A stretch of DNA of 64,000 nt from Octopus sinensis (lineage: Eukaryota). A program made the position numbers and the translations under genes. Where the stretch lies: assembly GCF_006345805.1 (NCBI RefSeq), contig NC_043021.1, forward strand, positions 13,888,001 through 13,952,000. The letters are read 5' to 3'. Shown here piece after piece: positions 25,637 through 39,292 of this stretch (its first letter is position 1; each line of letters opens with the position of its first letter). The notes beneath the pieces were generated by a model. That model did not search any database. It saw only the letters and a list, made by a program, of their open reading frames with translations, and was not told the DNA's origin.

Positions 25637-28600
25637 TGCTGATATAAAAGTGGCAAGCTGAGAGAATCATTTGCATATCTGACAAAATGCTGAACAGCAT
25701 TTCATCTGGTTCTTTACATCCTGAGTTCAATCCTGCTGAGATCAACTTTACCTTTCATTCCTTCAGGATTGATAAAAATAAAGTACCAGTGACATAATGG
25801 GGTCAATGTAGTCAACATGCCACCTCTCCTCTAAAAGAAACAATTTGCTGATCATGAATCCTGCCCTTTCAGCGCAGTGAATGTTGTGATCTTGGTTACT
25901 GACACACCACAGAGACTGGGTAACTGGCCCTGTGAGGCCTAGGGCTAAAAAAAAAAAGAAATACTGATATATTGCTTGTTCTTTTTTGTTGTATATTTTT
26001 GTGTTTTTCATTGTTCTTATTTTTCTCTTTCTCTCTTCCAATCCATTGTAAAAATTGTACATTTTGTTCCACAGCTTTTGTTCATTATTGAAATGTATTT
26101 CCCATTCTCCCCACCATCACCTTGTTTCTATGTTCGGCTCTGATATTGGTAAAATATAACCATCCTCTTCATTGTCACCCTCCTCCTCTTCATTCTCCTC
26201 CATGTTTGAGATGTTCATATTCCAATGTGGATAAATTTTGTTTTTCTTTCATCTCTGGTCTCTGAAGTGTTCATTTTGTTTTTGTTTTACACCCAATTTA
26301 ACTTTTGCTATTGTTGCTATAATTGCTTTTATTAATTAATAATTTTTTTGTCATTTTCATGTGGATGGGGTGGGGGTGCTGTTTCTTTTTTTAAAAAATG
26401 CTTTTGTTTTTAAGTCTCTCCCCAAACATCACTACCCTCCCTCCCTTCCATTTTGTATTTTTTTTTTTTTTACCTGATGCTGCTTTCTGTATCAGTGGTG
26501 ACCGCTAAGTGTGTGATCAGGTACCTGTTTATAGGCCACCCCTTTCTCACCCACATCAGACATTCGCCATTATCATTTTTTTTTTACTATTCAATATCAA
26601 AAAATACAATTTCTCTCTTCCCTTCTATCTTTCTTTCTCTCTCTCTCTCTTTCCCACCTCTGTCTTTCACCCCTGCTCTCTCTCCCTCCCACCTTCTCTA
26701 TCTTTTTCTTCCTCTCCCTCTCAAACCCAGGCTGTCTCACTGTAGATAGAGATCCTCTGGGCTGTTGAACTGGCAAAATTATTTCCATGCTGGACAAATG
26801 CTTAGCAACATTTCATTCTGACTCCTTCGTGTTCCGAGGTCAGATGCCACCAAGGTAGACTTTGACTTTACATCCTTTCAAGGTTGATTAAATAAGTATT
26901 AGTTGAACCCTGGGGGTTTGAAGTAATCAACTTGCTTGTCCCCTCAAGATTAGAAAGAACTATAGAGATTCAGTGATAAGCAATTTCTCCACTCCTTCCG
27001 TCTTCCCATCGTTCATTCCATGCCCTCCACTTACCTTCTGTCATATTCCTCAGGCTGAACTCTTCTTAACATCCTATCTTGCTTGTACTTGTGGTGGTAT
27101 TCACTCTGGGTTGGTTGAGTCAGCTGCAACCAAGGAGTACACCACATCCCTCCTGAATGATAAACATATCCAGTGGCTGGCCCTAACGTTCCAGCAGGCA
27201 AAGTAATGCTTCTGCCCGCACCCCAAAAATCCAGCTTACAAACTTGACAAATGCTACAGTGGGAGATCAAGTGCATTGGACAACGTGGACACCATAGCCG
27301 TAGTCATTCGTTGTTGAGGTGTAAGGTTCATGTTTGGGGTTTCAGGGTGATTACAAGCTCCTGTGTGGCCTCCAGTCACATGAATACACACTTTGGTATT
27401 GTGTGTTCCATGGCAGCTCATCATGCTGTCACAGAAAATTTGCTGACCAAGTCACTGTTGATTATTGGAGCAGATGTATCCTGGGTTTGAAGCAGGAGAT
27501 ACACATGCTAGTTAACCTATAACTGGGACCCTAATGGGCACTACTACTCCAGCTCAGAGTTGACCTGGGAACAGTAGGGGTTAAGAGGTGATTCTACATT
27601 CCTCAAAGCCCTGGGACTTCCATTCCAAAGACTTCTGTTACTATTTAGTGAGGAAGGAGTGTGATGCTGATGACCCTTTTAGGGTCTCTGAAACTAGTGG
27701 GAAGGAAGGTAGGTATCTCCCAAACTGGAGACCTGGACCATCAAATGCTTACAACAGAGTGCACTCCACTGAAGGAACCCAATGTGTTTGGGGGTGAGCA
27801 GGTGATTAAACCCTACGATCCAAATAGGTCATTGTAAGATTTTACCTAAGAACATAAAGAGCCTCAACAAATATTACAAGACACTCTGACCAATATTCTG
27901 CCATTTACTCCAGTTCATCACCCTACACACTTATTTATCAACCCCAGAAGGACAAATGAAGTTTATGTTGGGTGGAAATTGAACTCAAAGTGCAAGAACC
28001 CCAAGAATAAATACCACAAGGTATTTTGTTGAATGTTCTGTTACCAATCTCACCACAGTATTAGCAGCAGTCTCATGGTCTCCCTCTGCTGTAGTCACTG
28101 TCAAGACAGATAAGCAATCAGGATTGTGAATTGATAGGTAGTACAGTGAAGAAAGCATATTGTATTTTTCAGCATAAAACTCAAATTATTCAGACCAAAA
28201 TTTATAACCAAAAATGGTAGGTTGACTTCTACACTAAAACGGCTTTGGAGGACCAAAAATTCCATGTGAAAGGCAGCAGAATTTGGCAAGATAACCATGA
28301 TGTTTGAATGTTTACACTACATGTGAACACTATATACTATGTTGACTTGTGTGCCACAAGATACAGTGACCTGCCACTCTACACCCTATATGTTGTTGAT
28401 TAAAATGTTTTAATAGAAATATCAGCTGAATCTCCCTCAAAATAACACCCTGCTCTGTTTAAAGATAGAAGAAAGTTACATTGGCTGATATAGTCTTAAA
28501 CAGGCACTCCGTTTGTTCTGATGACTATGGTTTCAATTGATGTAATCAACAGAACAGTCTATTCTTCAAATTAATGTGCAAAGGACTGAACACTCTGAAG

Positions 28601-28721
28601 ACACGCATACCCTTAATGTAGTTCTCAGAGAGATTCAACATGACACAATCATGAGCTGAATACTGCAACCACTTAACTATGTATTTTCACTAAGGTAGTC
28701 TTATTCCCTTAAGGGATGAGT

Positions 28722-29039
28722 AAGGACTGGCCAACCTGAGGCCTGTGGCCTGCAGACTTTTATCTTGCAGCCCACTTGATACTTTCTTGAAATGCGTTTA
28801 TTTAAACAAACATTTAAAAAATTTTGTCAAAAATTAAAGATTGTGATGAAAAATATAAAACCAAAATACTACTGTTTTTTGCAATGATATTTCATGTTGA
28901 ATCAACGATGGTTCATTCATTATTGTAATAACAGCATGAGAAAGCAAAATGCTTTCAGTTCTGTTAGTATACAAGTGGCCCTCAAAAAACTTTCTGTGAT
29001 TAAAGTGGTCCACAATATATTTCGAGTTGGCCAGGCCTG
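28722..29039. mobile_element. hAT-like MITE
   Basis: Ends aggactggccaacc... and ...gagttggccaggcctg, with subterminal tggccc motifs. Confidence 0.55.
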
Positions 29040-30031
29040 CCTTAGCTCAACAACTGGCTTACATGTCAGTGTTAATAACCAAGGCTTATTGTCTGATTAC
29101 TTCACTGGAGTCAATCAAGAAACAACATATTTTATTATTGTTGTTGGCTAGCAGAATCGTGAATATGTCACAGGAGTGGCTGTGTGGTAAGTGGCTTGCT
29201 TACCAACCACATGGTTCCGGGTTCAGTCCCACTGCATGGCACCTTGGGCAAGTGTCTTCTACTATAGACTCGGGCCAACCAAAGCCTTGTGAATGGACTT
29301 GGCAGACGGAAACTGAAAGAAGCCTGTCATATATATGTACATTGCTTAACAACCGATGCTGGTGTGTTTACGTCCCCGTAATTTAGCGGTTCAGCAAAAG
29401 AGACCGATAGAATAAGTACTAGGCTTACAAAGAATAAGTCCTGGGGTCGATTTGCTTCACTAAAGGTGGTGCTCCAGCATGGCCACAGTCAAATGACTGA
29501 AACGAGCAAATCCTCACAAAGTTTCGTCCTCCTCCCTCAACCATCTTCCTATTCTCTTCTCCTCCACCTCAAACCTTGGTCCCTGATCACACACACACAC
29601 ACATACACACATCTATCTTCATATATTGCTGATGTTGTCATTGTTGTATGACTACATGTTTTATCTTTACAGTTTCTGTATTGTAAGTATTACCTGTTGC
29701 TTGACATCTAGATTTAGTTTCAAAACTCACCAGTCACAACCCAACACACACACACACACGCATACATATATACTCATACATATACACTCAATTATATTGA
29801 TCAATTATTGGTTCTTCTTAGAAAACTTGCTTTTTTTCACCCTCATATATGAATTATAGGTATGTATGCATAAGCACATATACATACAGACACATATGTT
29901 TATATATTTGCATGTGTCTATCTCCCTATATATGCTTTTATGTATGTATGTATGTATATATATATATATATATATATATGATATCTTTGTTTTGTTATGG
30001 ACATTTCCTAATTCTTGTTCTGTTCTTGCAG

Positions 30032-30105
30032 CTGGCCGTACTACAACTAATGAAGAACTAGAAGACATGTTAGAATCTGGGAATCCAGCCATTTTCACAC
30101 AAGGG
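30032..30105 (+). CDS. Syx1A: Syntaxin-1 exon 7 (Habc-SNARE linker): (T)GRTTTNEELEDMLESGNPAIFTQG
   Basis: Acceptor ttcttgcag|CT, donor GGG|gtatgt; 74 nt, phase 1 to 0, compatible with either exon 6 copy. Contains the conserved linker EELEDMLE, which carries the LE open-state site. Confidence 0.95.
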
Positions 30106-30519
30106 GTATGTATTTATTGTTATTCCTGGCAGAATCATTAGCACGCTGGGCACAATGCTCAGTAGCATTTCATCTTTCTTTACATTCTGAGTTCAAATTC
30201 TGCTGAGGTCGACTTTGCCTTTTTTTTCCTTTAGGAGTTGATAAATTAAATACCAGTGAAACACTGGGGGTCGATATAATCAACTGGTCTACTCCCACCA
30301 AATTTCAGGCCTTGTGCCATTAGTAGAAAGGATTATTATTATTATGTTTGCTAAAATGATGATCTGGCAGAATCCATAGCTCCTTTCTCACCACTTTGTC
30401 CCACATCTTCCTGGGTCTACTCCTTTCACATGTTCCCTCTACAATATCATCATTATTATTATCAAATGCTGCCAAGGTCAACTTTGAAAGGGTTATTATT
30501 ATTATTATTATTGAGTGAG

Positions 30520-31046
30520 AGAGCAGTGCATACCATCAAAGTGACACTGGGGTAAAATATACGAAGCCCAGTATACCCATCATGACTACCCGTCTGATAA
30601 GGGTACACCAGGCACATGCATCACAATCATATGTGCATGACATGGTGATCTCATATCAAGATAATCAGTGCATGACCTTGCAGGTGGGGGCCCAGTTAGA
30701 ATTTTCTTCAGGTCAAGTAGCCCATCACGTTCAAAAGGTCCCTGAAGAGGTTTGTTTGAGGATGATAAACGAAACACCCATTTCCAGAAGTGAATTATTT
30801 AAAGCCCAAAGAATCCTTCTCAACACATGGCTATGATGCTCCCCCACTACTTCTGCTCGTGATCAGAGATGCACATATCGTCAGCCACTAAGGGACATGC
30901 TCAACTGGTTACGGTCAAACAACTGACAAGCAAATCTGTGGTATTGAGCAGAATATTTGCTGTAGCCCATCTTTTATACCAAGACAAAACAATGTACATG
31001 ATAACACTTCCAACCAGTTAACATCAAAAGCCATGAGAGCCACTGC
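30520..31046. mobile_element. Interspersed repeat of unassigned class
   Basis: Non-coding, GC-richer block abutting an (att)n tract; recalled as a high-copy Octopus repeat. The ORFs inside it have no recognisable homology. Confidence 0.4.
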
Positions 31047-31406
31047 TTAGAAAGGATTATTATTACTATTATTATTATATGCTTAGAAAGGATTTTTTAT
31101 TTTTTTATTTTAATTAAAAATTTTTTTTTATTTATCATTTCATTATTATATGTAAACCCCCAAACTTTATGTCTGTTGCTGTATTGCCGCACCTAATCTT
31201 TCACCTTCGTGGCAAATAAATGAAATTATTATTATTATTAAATGCTTAGAAAGAGTTATTAGTGCACTGGACAAAATGCTTCGTAGCATTTCTTCAGTTT
31301 CAATCCATTTTGAATGCAATGAAGAATTTAGTAAAATAACTTTGTTGTTTGATGGTTTCTTGTAATCCTTGCTTAATTTCTGTTTCTTTTTGTTTCTCTC
31401 TTTCAG

Positions 31407-31544
31407 ATAATAATGGAGACCCAACAAGCTAGGCAGACATTAGCAGATATTGAGGCCCGACATGAGGATATTATCAAATTAGAAAATAGTATAAGGGAAC
31501 TACACGACATGTTTATGGACATGGCTATGTTAGTAGAGAGCCAG
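31407..31544 (+). CDS. Syx1A: Syntaxin-1 exon 8 (SNARE/H3 helix N-half): [46 protein letters not shown]
   Basis: Acceptor ctctttcag|ATA, donor CAG|gtaggg; 138 nt, phase 0; classic Qa-SNARE motif ending at the zero-layer Gln. Confidence 0.96.
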
Positions 31545-32725
31545 GTAGGGAAGTTTTTATATATATATATATATATATATATTTGTGTGTGTGTGTGTGT
31601 GCATATTAGCAGTTTTTGCTTATTGGGGTTGGCTACCATATTTTCCAGCATACAAGTCAGATTTTACTGGCCAAAATTTACAACCCCTTCATAAAACAGG
31701 TAAGCTGAATTATACACTAAGACGACTTTGGAGGACCAAAAAATCCCTGTGAAATGCAGCAGGATTTGGAAAGATGGTATTGATGCTTGAATGTTTGTAC
31801 TATGTTTACACTAAATACTATGCTGGCTTGTATGCTGGTAAATAGAGTTTATTGGTTGAGAGCCATGGAGAGCAGTTCATGCATACATACATATATGATG
31901 GATATCTCTCATGAACAACAAATAGGGGTTCAGTCATGTACTATGGACATGAATGTGTCTCTTAAGACCTGCTGGTGCCTTGCAATTTTTTGGCAAGGAG
32001 AACAAGTTCAAGACTTGGCTTGCTCTATTGTTTTTGGATCATTTACTATGTGCTCTCTTGAGTGAATGGCAAGGATGCTTTGCTTTGTGCCACAAAACCA
32101 CAATAGCATGTTAAGTTTCCATTTAGAGGAGCAATGTTTTACCAGCATGCCTTCATATATATATATATAGGGAGAGTTTATGAAAAAAACAAATGACGAA
32201 GACAGGTGGTGTACAAAACAAACAGATGCATAATGCTCTGGAACAGAAAAAAGTCTTTTACGTTTCGAGCCTATATATATATATATATATAATTTGAGGA
32301 CAATTATAATCCTCATTAACATAAACAGATAGTGCGAGAGAGTATGTGTGTGCAAGAAATATATTTTGTGGTCTGAGAACTTTAGAAACAACAGGCAAAG
32401 ATGTTTTTTTTCTCATACATGCTCACATATATATATGTATACATGCATGCTCCCACTTGTACAGATGCATAAACAGACACATACACACCCATTCAGATGT
32501 CTCTCAGAATTTGGAAAAGAGTTTAAAATGGACTCGGATTGTAAACAAAATACCTCACTCAAACAGATTGCTTCACTCAAGTGCAGTGTCCTGCTCCAAC
32601 ACAATGCCTCACTCATACAGAACACCTCTCTAAGACAGAATGCCTCACACAAACAAAAACACCCCAACACGACCACCACCACTAATATTTCATTCCTTCT
32701 TTTCTTACCTTTTCTGTAACCTCAG

Positions 32726-32836
32726 GGTGAGATGATTGATCGAATAGAATATAATGTTGAAGCAGCAGTTGACTATATAGAAACAGCAAAAATGGATACA
32801 AGGAAAGCTGTGAAATACCAAAGTAAAGCCAGACAG
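32726..32836 (+). CDS. Syx1A: Syntaxin-1 exon 9 (SNARE C-half and juxtamembrane): [37 protein letters not shown]
   Basis: Acceptor gtaacctcag|GGT, donor CAG|gtaagc; 111 nt, phase 0; conserved [11 protein letters not shown] and [10 protein letters not shown] motifs. Confidence 0.96.
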
Positions 32837-34416
32837 GTAAGCTCACCTTTTTGGTTTTTTTTCCTTCTTTCAGACTATCTTGTCTCTTCTTTCTATACTT
32901 AGAAAACTTTCTACTGCTCATTTTGTAATATATATATATATCTACAATATATTATATATCACATATATATAATATGTTTTCCCAATTTTGAAAGATTATT
33001 ATATTTATTACTATTATGCTCTTAAACAAACGTGTTAAGTTTCCATTCTTGCTCTTCTGTTTTTTTTACTTCAGAAAGTCAACTTCTAGAAAATTCTATC
33101 TTTTAATGTTTTAAATATTAGGTAACATAGATCTTTTTGTCTTGTCCCCTTTCTCTTATTTCTGTCTGTTGTATTTTGCTTCTTCATTCCAAAAAAGCAT
33201 TAATCTTCATCTTTAATCCTCAAGTGTTAATCATCATATTTATACTTCTTTGTGAAACATCATCTTTAATCTTCAACCTTATTCGTCATTAATCATCATG
33301 CTTAAACATTATCTTTAATCCATGTTTAATCTTTGACTTTTACCCTCATTTTTAAATAACTTTGTTGTTAATCTTCAGCTTTAATCCTCTTATTTAATCT
33401 TCATCGTTTATCCACATCTTTAATTATCTTCATTAATCATCACCTTTAAATCTCATCTTTAATCTTCAGCTTTTATCCTTGTCTTTAATCCTCATCTTTA
33501 ATAATTAATCGTCCTCTTGAATCTTTCCTGATGTGAGCTGATATTTTCCTTTCAAATATGTATCATTCTGTATCTTGTATATCTTTGTCCATGTCACCTG
33601 TTTTAACTATTAATTCCGAAATAACTGCGATGTTTGTTTACCTTAATCCCTCTAATCCTTTCTTGTTTATGATGAATCTCTAATCGAGTCAGTTTCCTGT
33701 TAATCCTTACCTTGTTATTGTTCTCTTCTCATCATACTGAGATTCTTGAGTTTTTTATATTTTGTTTTTTACTTTTTAAATTCTTTGACCATGTTAAAGA
33801 AATCGGACTTTCACAGTGGTCAATACCAATTCCTGTTGAAACTGTTAGGTCTGATGAATTTTGAGCTTTTGATAAATTCCTCCCAAAGGAGTCAGGGTGT
33901 TTCTGCATATTTTTGTATTCAGTTTGTAAGATTCTCAAAGTGAATTTGTATGTTGAAACAAATCTTCTGGTAACTAGGGAGGGTCGTTATGCCAGTAAAG
34001 ATTAGACACATGCACTGGTTCAGTACCACTTCTTTATTTTACCAACTAACTATTCAATGTTTTTTTTTCTTTTAATGTGTTGATTGAACAGCCAATCAGT
34101 TGTTAGTTTTCTCAGTCAGAGTCCTTTCATTGCTATTTGCAACCTCATTAATGACATGCCCTCACTCTTCAAGGTTATTGATGAGGTCACAAATAATGAC
34201 GAAAGGACTCTGACAGATTGATTGTTCAGTCAACACACTAAACAAACCATTGAACAGTTAGTTGGTAAAATAAAGAAGTGTTACTGAACCAGTGCATGTG
34301 TTTAATTTTTATTGACATAATGACCCTCCCTAGACACAAGATTTGTCTTTCCATAGTTGGCAAGAAATTGTAACCAAATCTCTCTCAAAACTCCCTCAAA
34401 TCTCACCTGTCTGTCA

Positions 34417-34454
<38 letters not shown>

Positions 34455-37400
34455 TACGTATTATATTATGCTGCCCAGGATGCATTGTGTAAAATATAAG
34501 ATAGGATGTTCATGGCTGTTGCATCTCTGAATTGTAGGTCTTCTGGATCAGGGCTGATGAGGGGCTAAACAGCAACAAATGACAATAAATGCATGAGCTA
34601 ATGAAAGCCCATTTATGTGTTTGCCAACTTGCTCAAAAAGGGATTCAAATGAATCACTCTCAAACCACACTCTATTAGCTTAAAAGAAAAGTTGATGATG
34701 TTGGCAGTTTCTACATGTCTGAAGATCATTAGGGTGGGCAGGGTGTCTTTAAGTGGTTATATAAACCAATCTTTGACACTGCATGACTTTTCTTAATGTC
34801 TTTGCTTAGTAATTTTAAAGAAAGAGTTAGTCCACACAATTTGATCATTGGAGGTTTGGCCAGAGTGGCTCAGCAGATTAAGATGGCTGTGGTGATCAGC
34901 AAGCTGTAGGTTTTACTTTGAAGTGGCTTTTCCTCTGATGAATTACCTTGTAGGGCTGGAGTTGCCAGAAGGGTGACAAAGAGGGCACTGGACTGCATGA
35001 GGACCTCTACTTCTTGGTTTGCTGTTGAGGTTAACTTCCTTAGCCTTTTCCCTTCTCAAGGCACTCATAAGGCAGTAAAAGTTTGTACTTAAGAGTTTGT
35101 CCCATAACATGCAAATTAACCCACAGCTGGGATCCTGACAGGTATTTCTACACCAGATCAGAGTAGGCCTTGGAACACTAGTGACTAAGAAGTGTTTCCA
35201 CACTCCCCAAAACCCTGGGATTTCTGAACCAGGACCGCACTACCAGATGAAGTTTAGAATCTTATTCAGGACAAAAAAAGTTAATGTCATTCTAAATACA
35301 ACAATTGAATAAAAGGCTGTCTTGGTAGCCATGTGAATAAAAGTGTTTGTACGCAATAACATACATAAAGGTGGAGGGTTCAATATCTGCTAGGAATTTT
35401 AAAAGAGTCTTAATTGTGTTAGGCACATGTATGGCTATGTGGTCAAGGAGCTTGCTTTACAACCATGTGGTTTGGGGTTCAGTCTCACTGTACAGCAACG
35501 TGATCCAGCATGCCAACCAATGTTTTGGGAATGAGTTTAGTTGATAGAAACTGTGTAAAAGCCCATTGTGTGCATGCTACCTACAGCTTCACAACTGGTG
35601 TTGGTTTGTGTATGTCCTCATGACTTAGCAGTTCATTAAAAGGGATGATAGAATAAGTGCCAGACCCATAAAATAAGTACAAGATTTGATTTGTTCCTTG
35701 AACCTTTCATAGGCGGTGGCCCTGCATGACTGAAACAAGTTAAAGATAAAAGATGTAATTACACCCTTAATATCTTTAATCATAAATCTACTAATCTAGG
35801 GCTGAGATAACAACAAATGAATTGCCACCACACCACCAACATCAACACTAGAAATATGGAACTACTACTACTAGTCTCTATGTAGTCACTCAGCCTACTA
35901 GATACAACAGTCAAATCTCCCTCAAATCATGCCCTATCATCTTCAAGAATAGAAAGAGACAAAATAATGAAATCCTAGATGCAAATTGTCTGCAACAAAG
36001 TTGGAATGGTCTTGGTTGGAATCTCTTTTATTACTGCAAGTCATTAACTGTATCTGGCCTGTTAATGGAATGATGTGGGTGAAGTTGAGATTTCTGAAGA
36101 CTGTTATGGTATAATGACCACCACTACTGAATGACTATCACTTGGTTAACATACATGGCCAACTGGTCATGAGCAGAACATTATGGGTTTGATTCTATCT
36201 TTGAGCAAGGCTCTCTATTTCATTTTGCTCTGGTGTACTCAGCTGAAATTAAGTACCAGCTGAGTACTGGTGCACTTCATTCTCTCTCTCTCTCTTTATT
36301 TATCTGTTCCCCTTCTCTCCCTATATTTTTCTTCTATCTCCCTCCCTCTTTCTTTTTCCTTTCCCTCTCTTGTCTTTTTCCTCTCTATCTCTCTCCCTAT
36401 TTCTCTCTCCCCACTTCTCTTCCTTGTCCTCTCCTCTCTTTCTAACAATCAAATCCACAATGTTCTTCTGGGACAAAAGTGGTAGAGTCCAAGAGGACAT
36501 CTATCTTTGTTCATGACTACATAGGCATCAACAACAGTTAGCAAAAGCATAGTACTTATGACTTAGTTATGCTCTCTTACCAGTGATGCTATGCTCTTTA
36601 TTTTAACTTTTACCCAAAATTCCATACTTATCAATTTCTACAGGAATCGGTACCTTCAGATCTTCAGGCTGATTGTGTATTGAATGAATCAAAAGTTCTA
36701 GCAAGAACAAATCTCATTTCCCTTCTCTCTTTTTTTATTTTTAAAGTTCTTTTCAGATTTAACTCCAACTTATATTAACAGACTGCTTGCTCTCTCTCTC
36801 TCGGTCTCTCAACATTCCAGCATTTAATCAGTTTATTTACTTGTCTCTGTCAGACAATGGCTTATAGTAGATTCTAGATATATATATATATATATGCATG
36901 CATACATATGTGTGTGTATGTGTTTACTATCTCAAAAGTTGGCAGTCCTCTTTGTGCTTTGCCCTGATCTGGGGTGTCAAATTGGCAGAGTCATGAGAAC
37001 ATTGGTTAGAATGTCATGTGTTGTTCTAGCTCTCTGCAGCCTGAGTTCAAATCATGCCTTTGAAGCTTGATAAATAAACTACAAGTTCAGGAGTGTGGAC
37101 AGGTAGAATGTTAAAATGTTGCATGAAAAGTCTTGTGATGCTTGCTTTGACTTTGTGCATTCTGAGTTCAAATGCTACTTCTTGTCACTGAGAGAGAACA
37201 AAAAAAATAATAAATAAACAGATTCTTTGAGATACAGCAAAAATGTTGATAGGTTTAGAATGTCCTAAGAATGTGCTCAAGTATTTCAGCTAATCACTTC
37301 AATACCATCACACCAGCTGGTCAGAGAGAACACATGAGGACTTTTGATCCTCAGCACTCATCAATTGAATATATATATATACAATGTAGTATTTTATAAA

Positions 37401-39242
37401 TAAGCTTGAGAGGAATAATATGGTGTGTGTCTTTTCTGATGATTGCTGGAATTATCTTAACTCCCAGAATGAAACCGATTGATAAAGTGTCTGATATGAA
37501 AATACAATAGTGGAGTCTATTAATAATAATAATATACCCACTCAATTAACCAGTGTATGAGTGTCTGTTTATTCCAACTTATGGAGTTTTAGATAACTGT
37601 GTATATATATACATACATAATATATATATAGTTGTATCATTTAATTTAAAGACAAGATAAAGTAAAGCTTACTAGTGATTAGATGTTAATTATTTTCATA
37701 TATTTAATCAGTTATGATTCAAACCATGGCTTTTTTTTTACCCTTTTAAATGATCAATGTTTAAACTCAAACATTTAAAATTATCTTAATGCAGTTATTT
37801 ATGGTATCAGTTATCACACTTCACTTAATTGAAGAATATTTTAAATACATAAAATTTCTCATTTGTAAATCATACTAAATGTACACACATTGTTAGAAGC
37901 CTTCATGTCTTTGGACTGTAAAAATTGTGAGGCAAAAATCTTTTCATATACATGTGTTAAAAACACAGTAAATATCAGAGTGAGATAAACATTGTTGCTG
38001 TAGACTCACAAGAATGACAGACATTTTTTATTCTTCTTGAGGTTTGTCAATGCAATTCACCTGATTGTCACCTGCTTAACAAAATTCATGTTTTGAGTAT
38101 ATAAGAAATAGTGAAAACATTCGCTGGTGTTGTGGGAGCTTGCTGGGCAACAGAAAAACTTTGTATACATAATTGAAACAGCATTAAATTAAAATTGCCA
38201 TCTATGTATTATACTAAATGTATATGCACTGTTGAAAAGGCATAATGCTGTTTAATTAAGATAAAAGTCTCTTCATTGACTTGTGTTAAAAACAATGCAT
38301 CTGTTGTTCTCATGAGTCACTGTGGCTATAATGTTTCTCTCACTACAATATATGTTGTTTTTAATACATGTCTATGAGGAGATTTTATCTCAAGACTATT
38401 CCACAACATCATACCTTCTAATGGTGTAATGTACATTAAGCACAATACTCAGATGCTTTTGTTAGCTTCTGATTACTCGAACACCAGTCTGCATTATAGT
38501 ATTTCTTTTGGACACTGCTCAAAACAACAACAGCAGTCATTTTCCTTCTCTTCAACAATATGCAGTGAATGTTTCAAGTCCATACTTTTAATAATTATTC
38601 TCAGCTGCCTTGACTTAGGGTGGTCAAATAGCCATCAATTTCACAAAAGCTGACCACAGCATGGTGACTAACAGTTACTGAGCATCCAATTTGAGTAGCT
38701 CTGGCTCAAAACTTACTTAACCTCAACTCTAATGATTGGCTTATTTCTTTTACTCATCATGACAGATCCAATGTTGAAATTAAAGTATTTTTTTCTAAAA
38801 TTTTCTTGAAAAATTAGGTGACATTCATTTTTGTAATTTAATTGGTACCGACTTTAATTGTATTATGCTAATTAAAATGTTTGTGTTTAAACTTACATCA
38901 CCTTAAGAAAAGAGCGAAATGTTTACTTTTCATTCATAAATGGTTTGAATTATTGAGTGATTAAATAAACAGAAATAATTAACACTTATTTATTGGCATA
39001 CATTTGTCTTTAAATCATATAGATGTATGCCTATACACACACAAACACACACATATATACATATATAAAACAATTGAATATATTATACATATATATGTGT
39101 GTATATATCACAACTAAATATGTTATATATATATTATTGTATGTATATGTGTATATACATGCATGTGTTGGGGTGTGTATACATACATAATTGTATGTTT
39201 GTGTACATATACATGTATTGTTTGTGTGGGTATGTATATGTC

Positions 39243-39292
<50 letters not shown>

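Noticed and set aside
26970-27520. GC-richer block with several short ORFs
   Set aside because: No recognisable protein motif or splice pattern; possibly a decayed retroelement but not assignable.
27660-27715. ctgatga-ccctttaggg-tctct-gaaactagtg hammerhead-like string
   Set aside because: Extra nucleotides lie before GAAA and G occupies the cleavage position; it sits inside another repeat.
32837-32902. Intron read-through after exon 9 giving [21 protein letters not shown], a possible alternative anchor
   Set aside because: The donor (CAG|gtaagc) is strong, the hydrophobicity simply reflects a T-rich intron, and the segment contains an Asp.
37400-37510. Hydrophobic stretch GIIWCVSFLMIAGIILTP as a second TM exon
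   Set aside because: No in-phase acceptor with a polypyrimidine tract and no leading KK.
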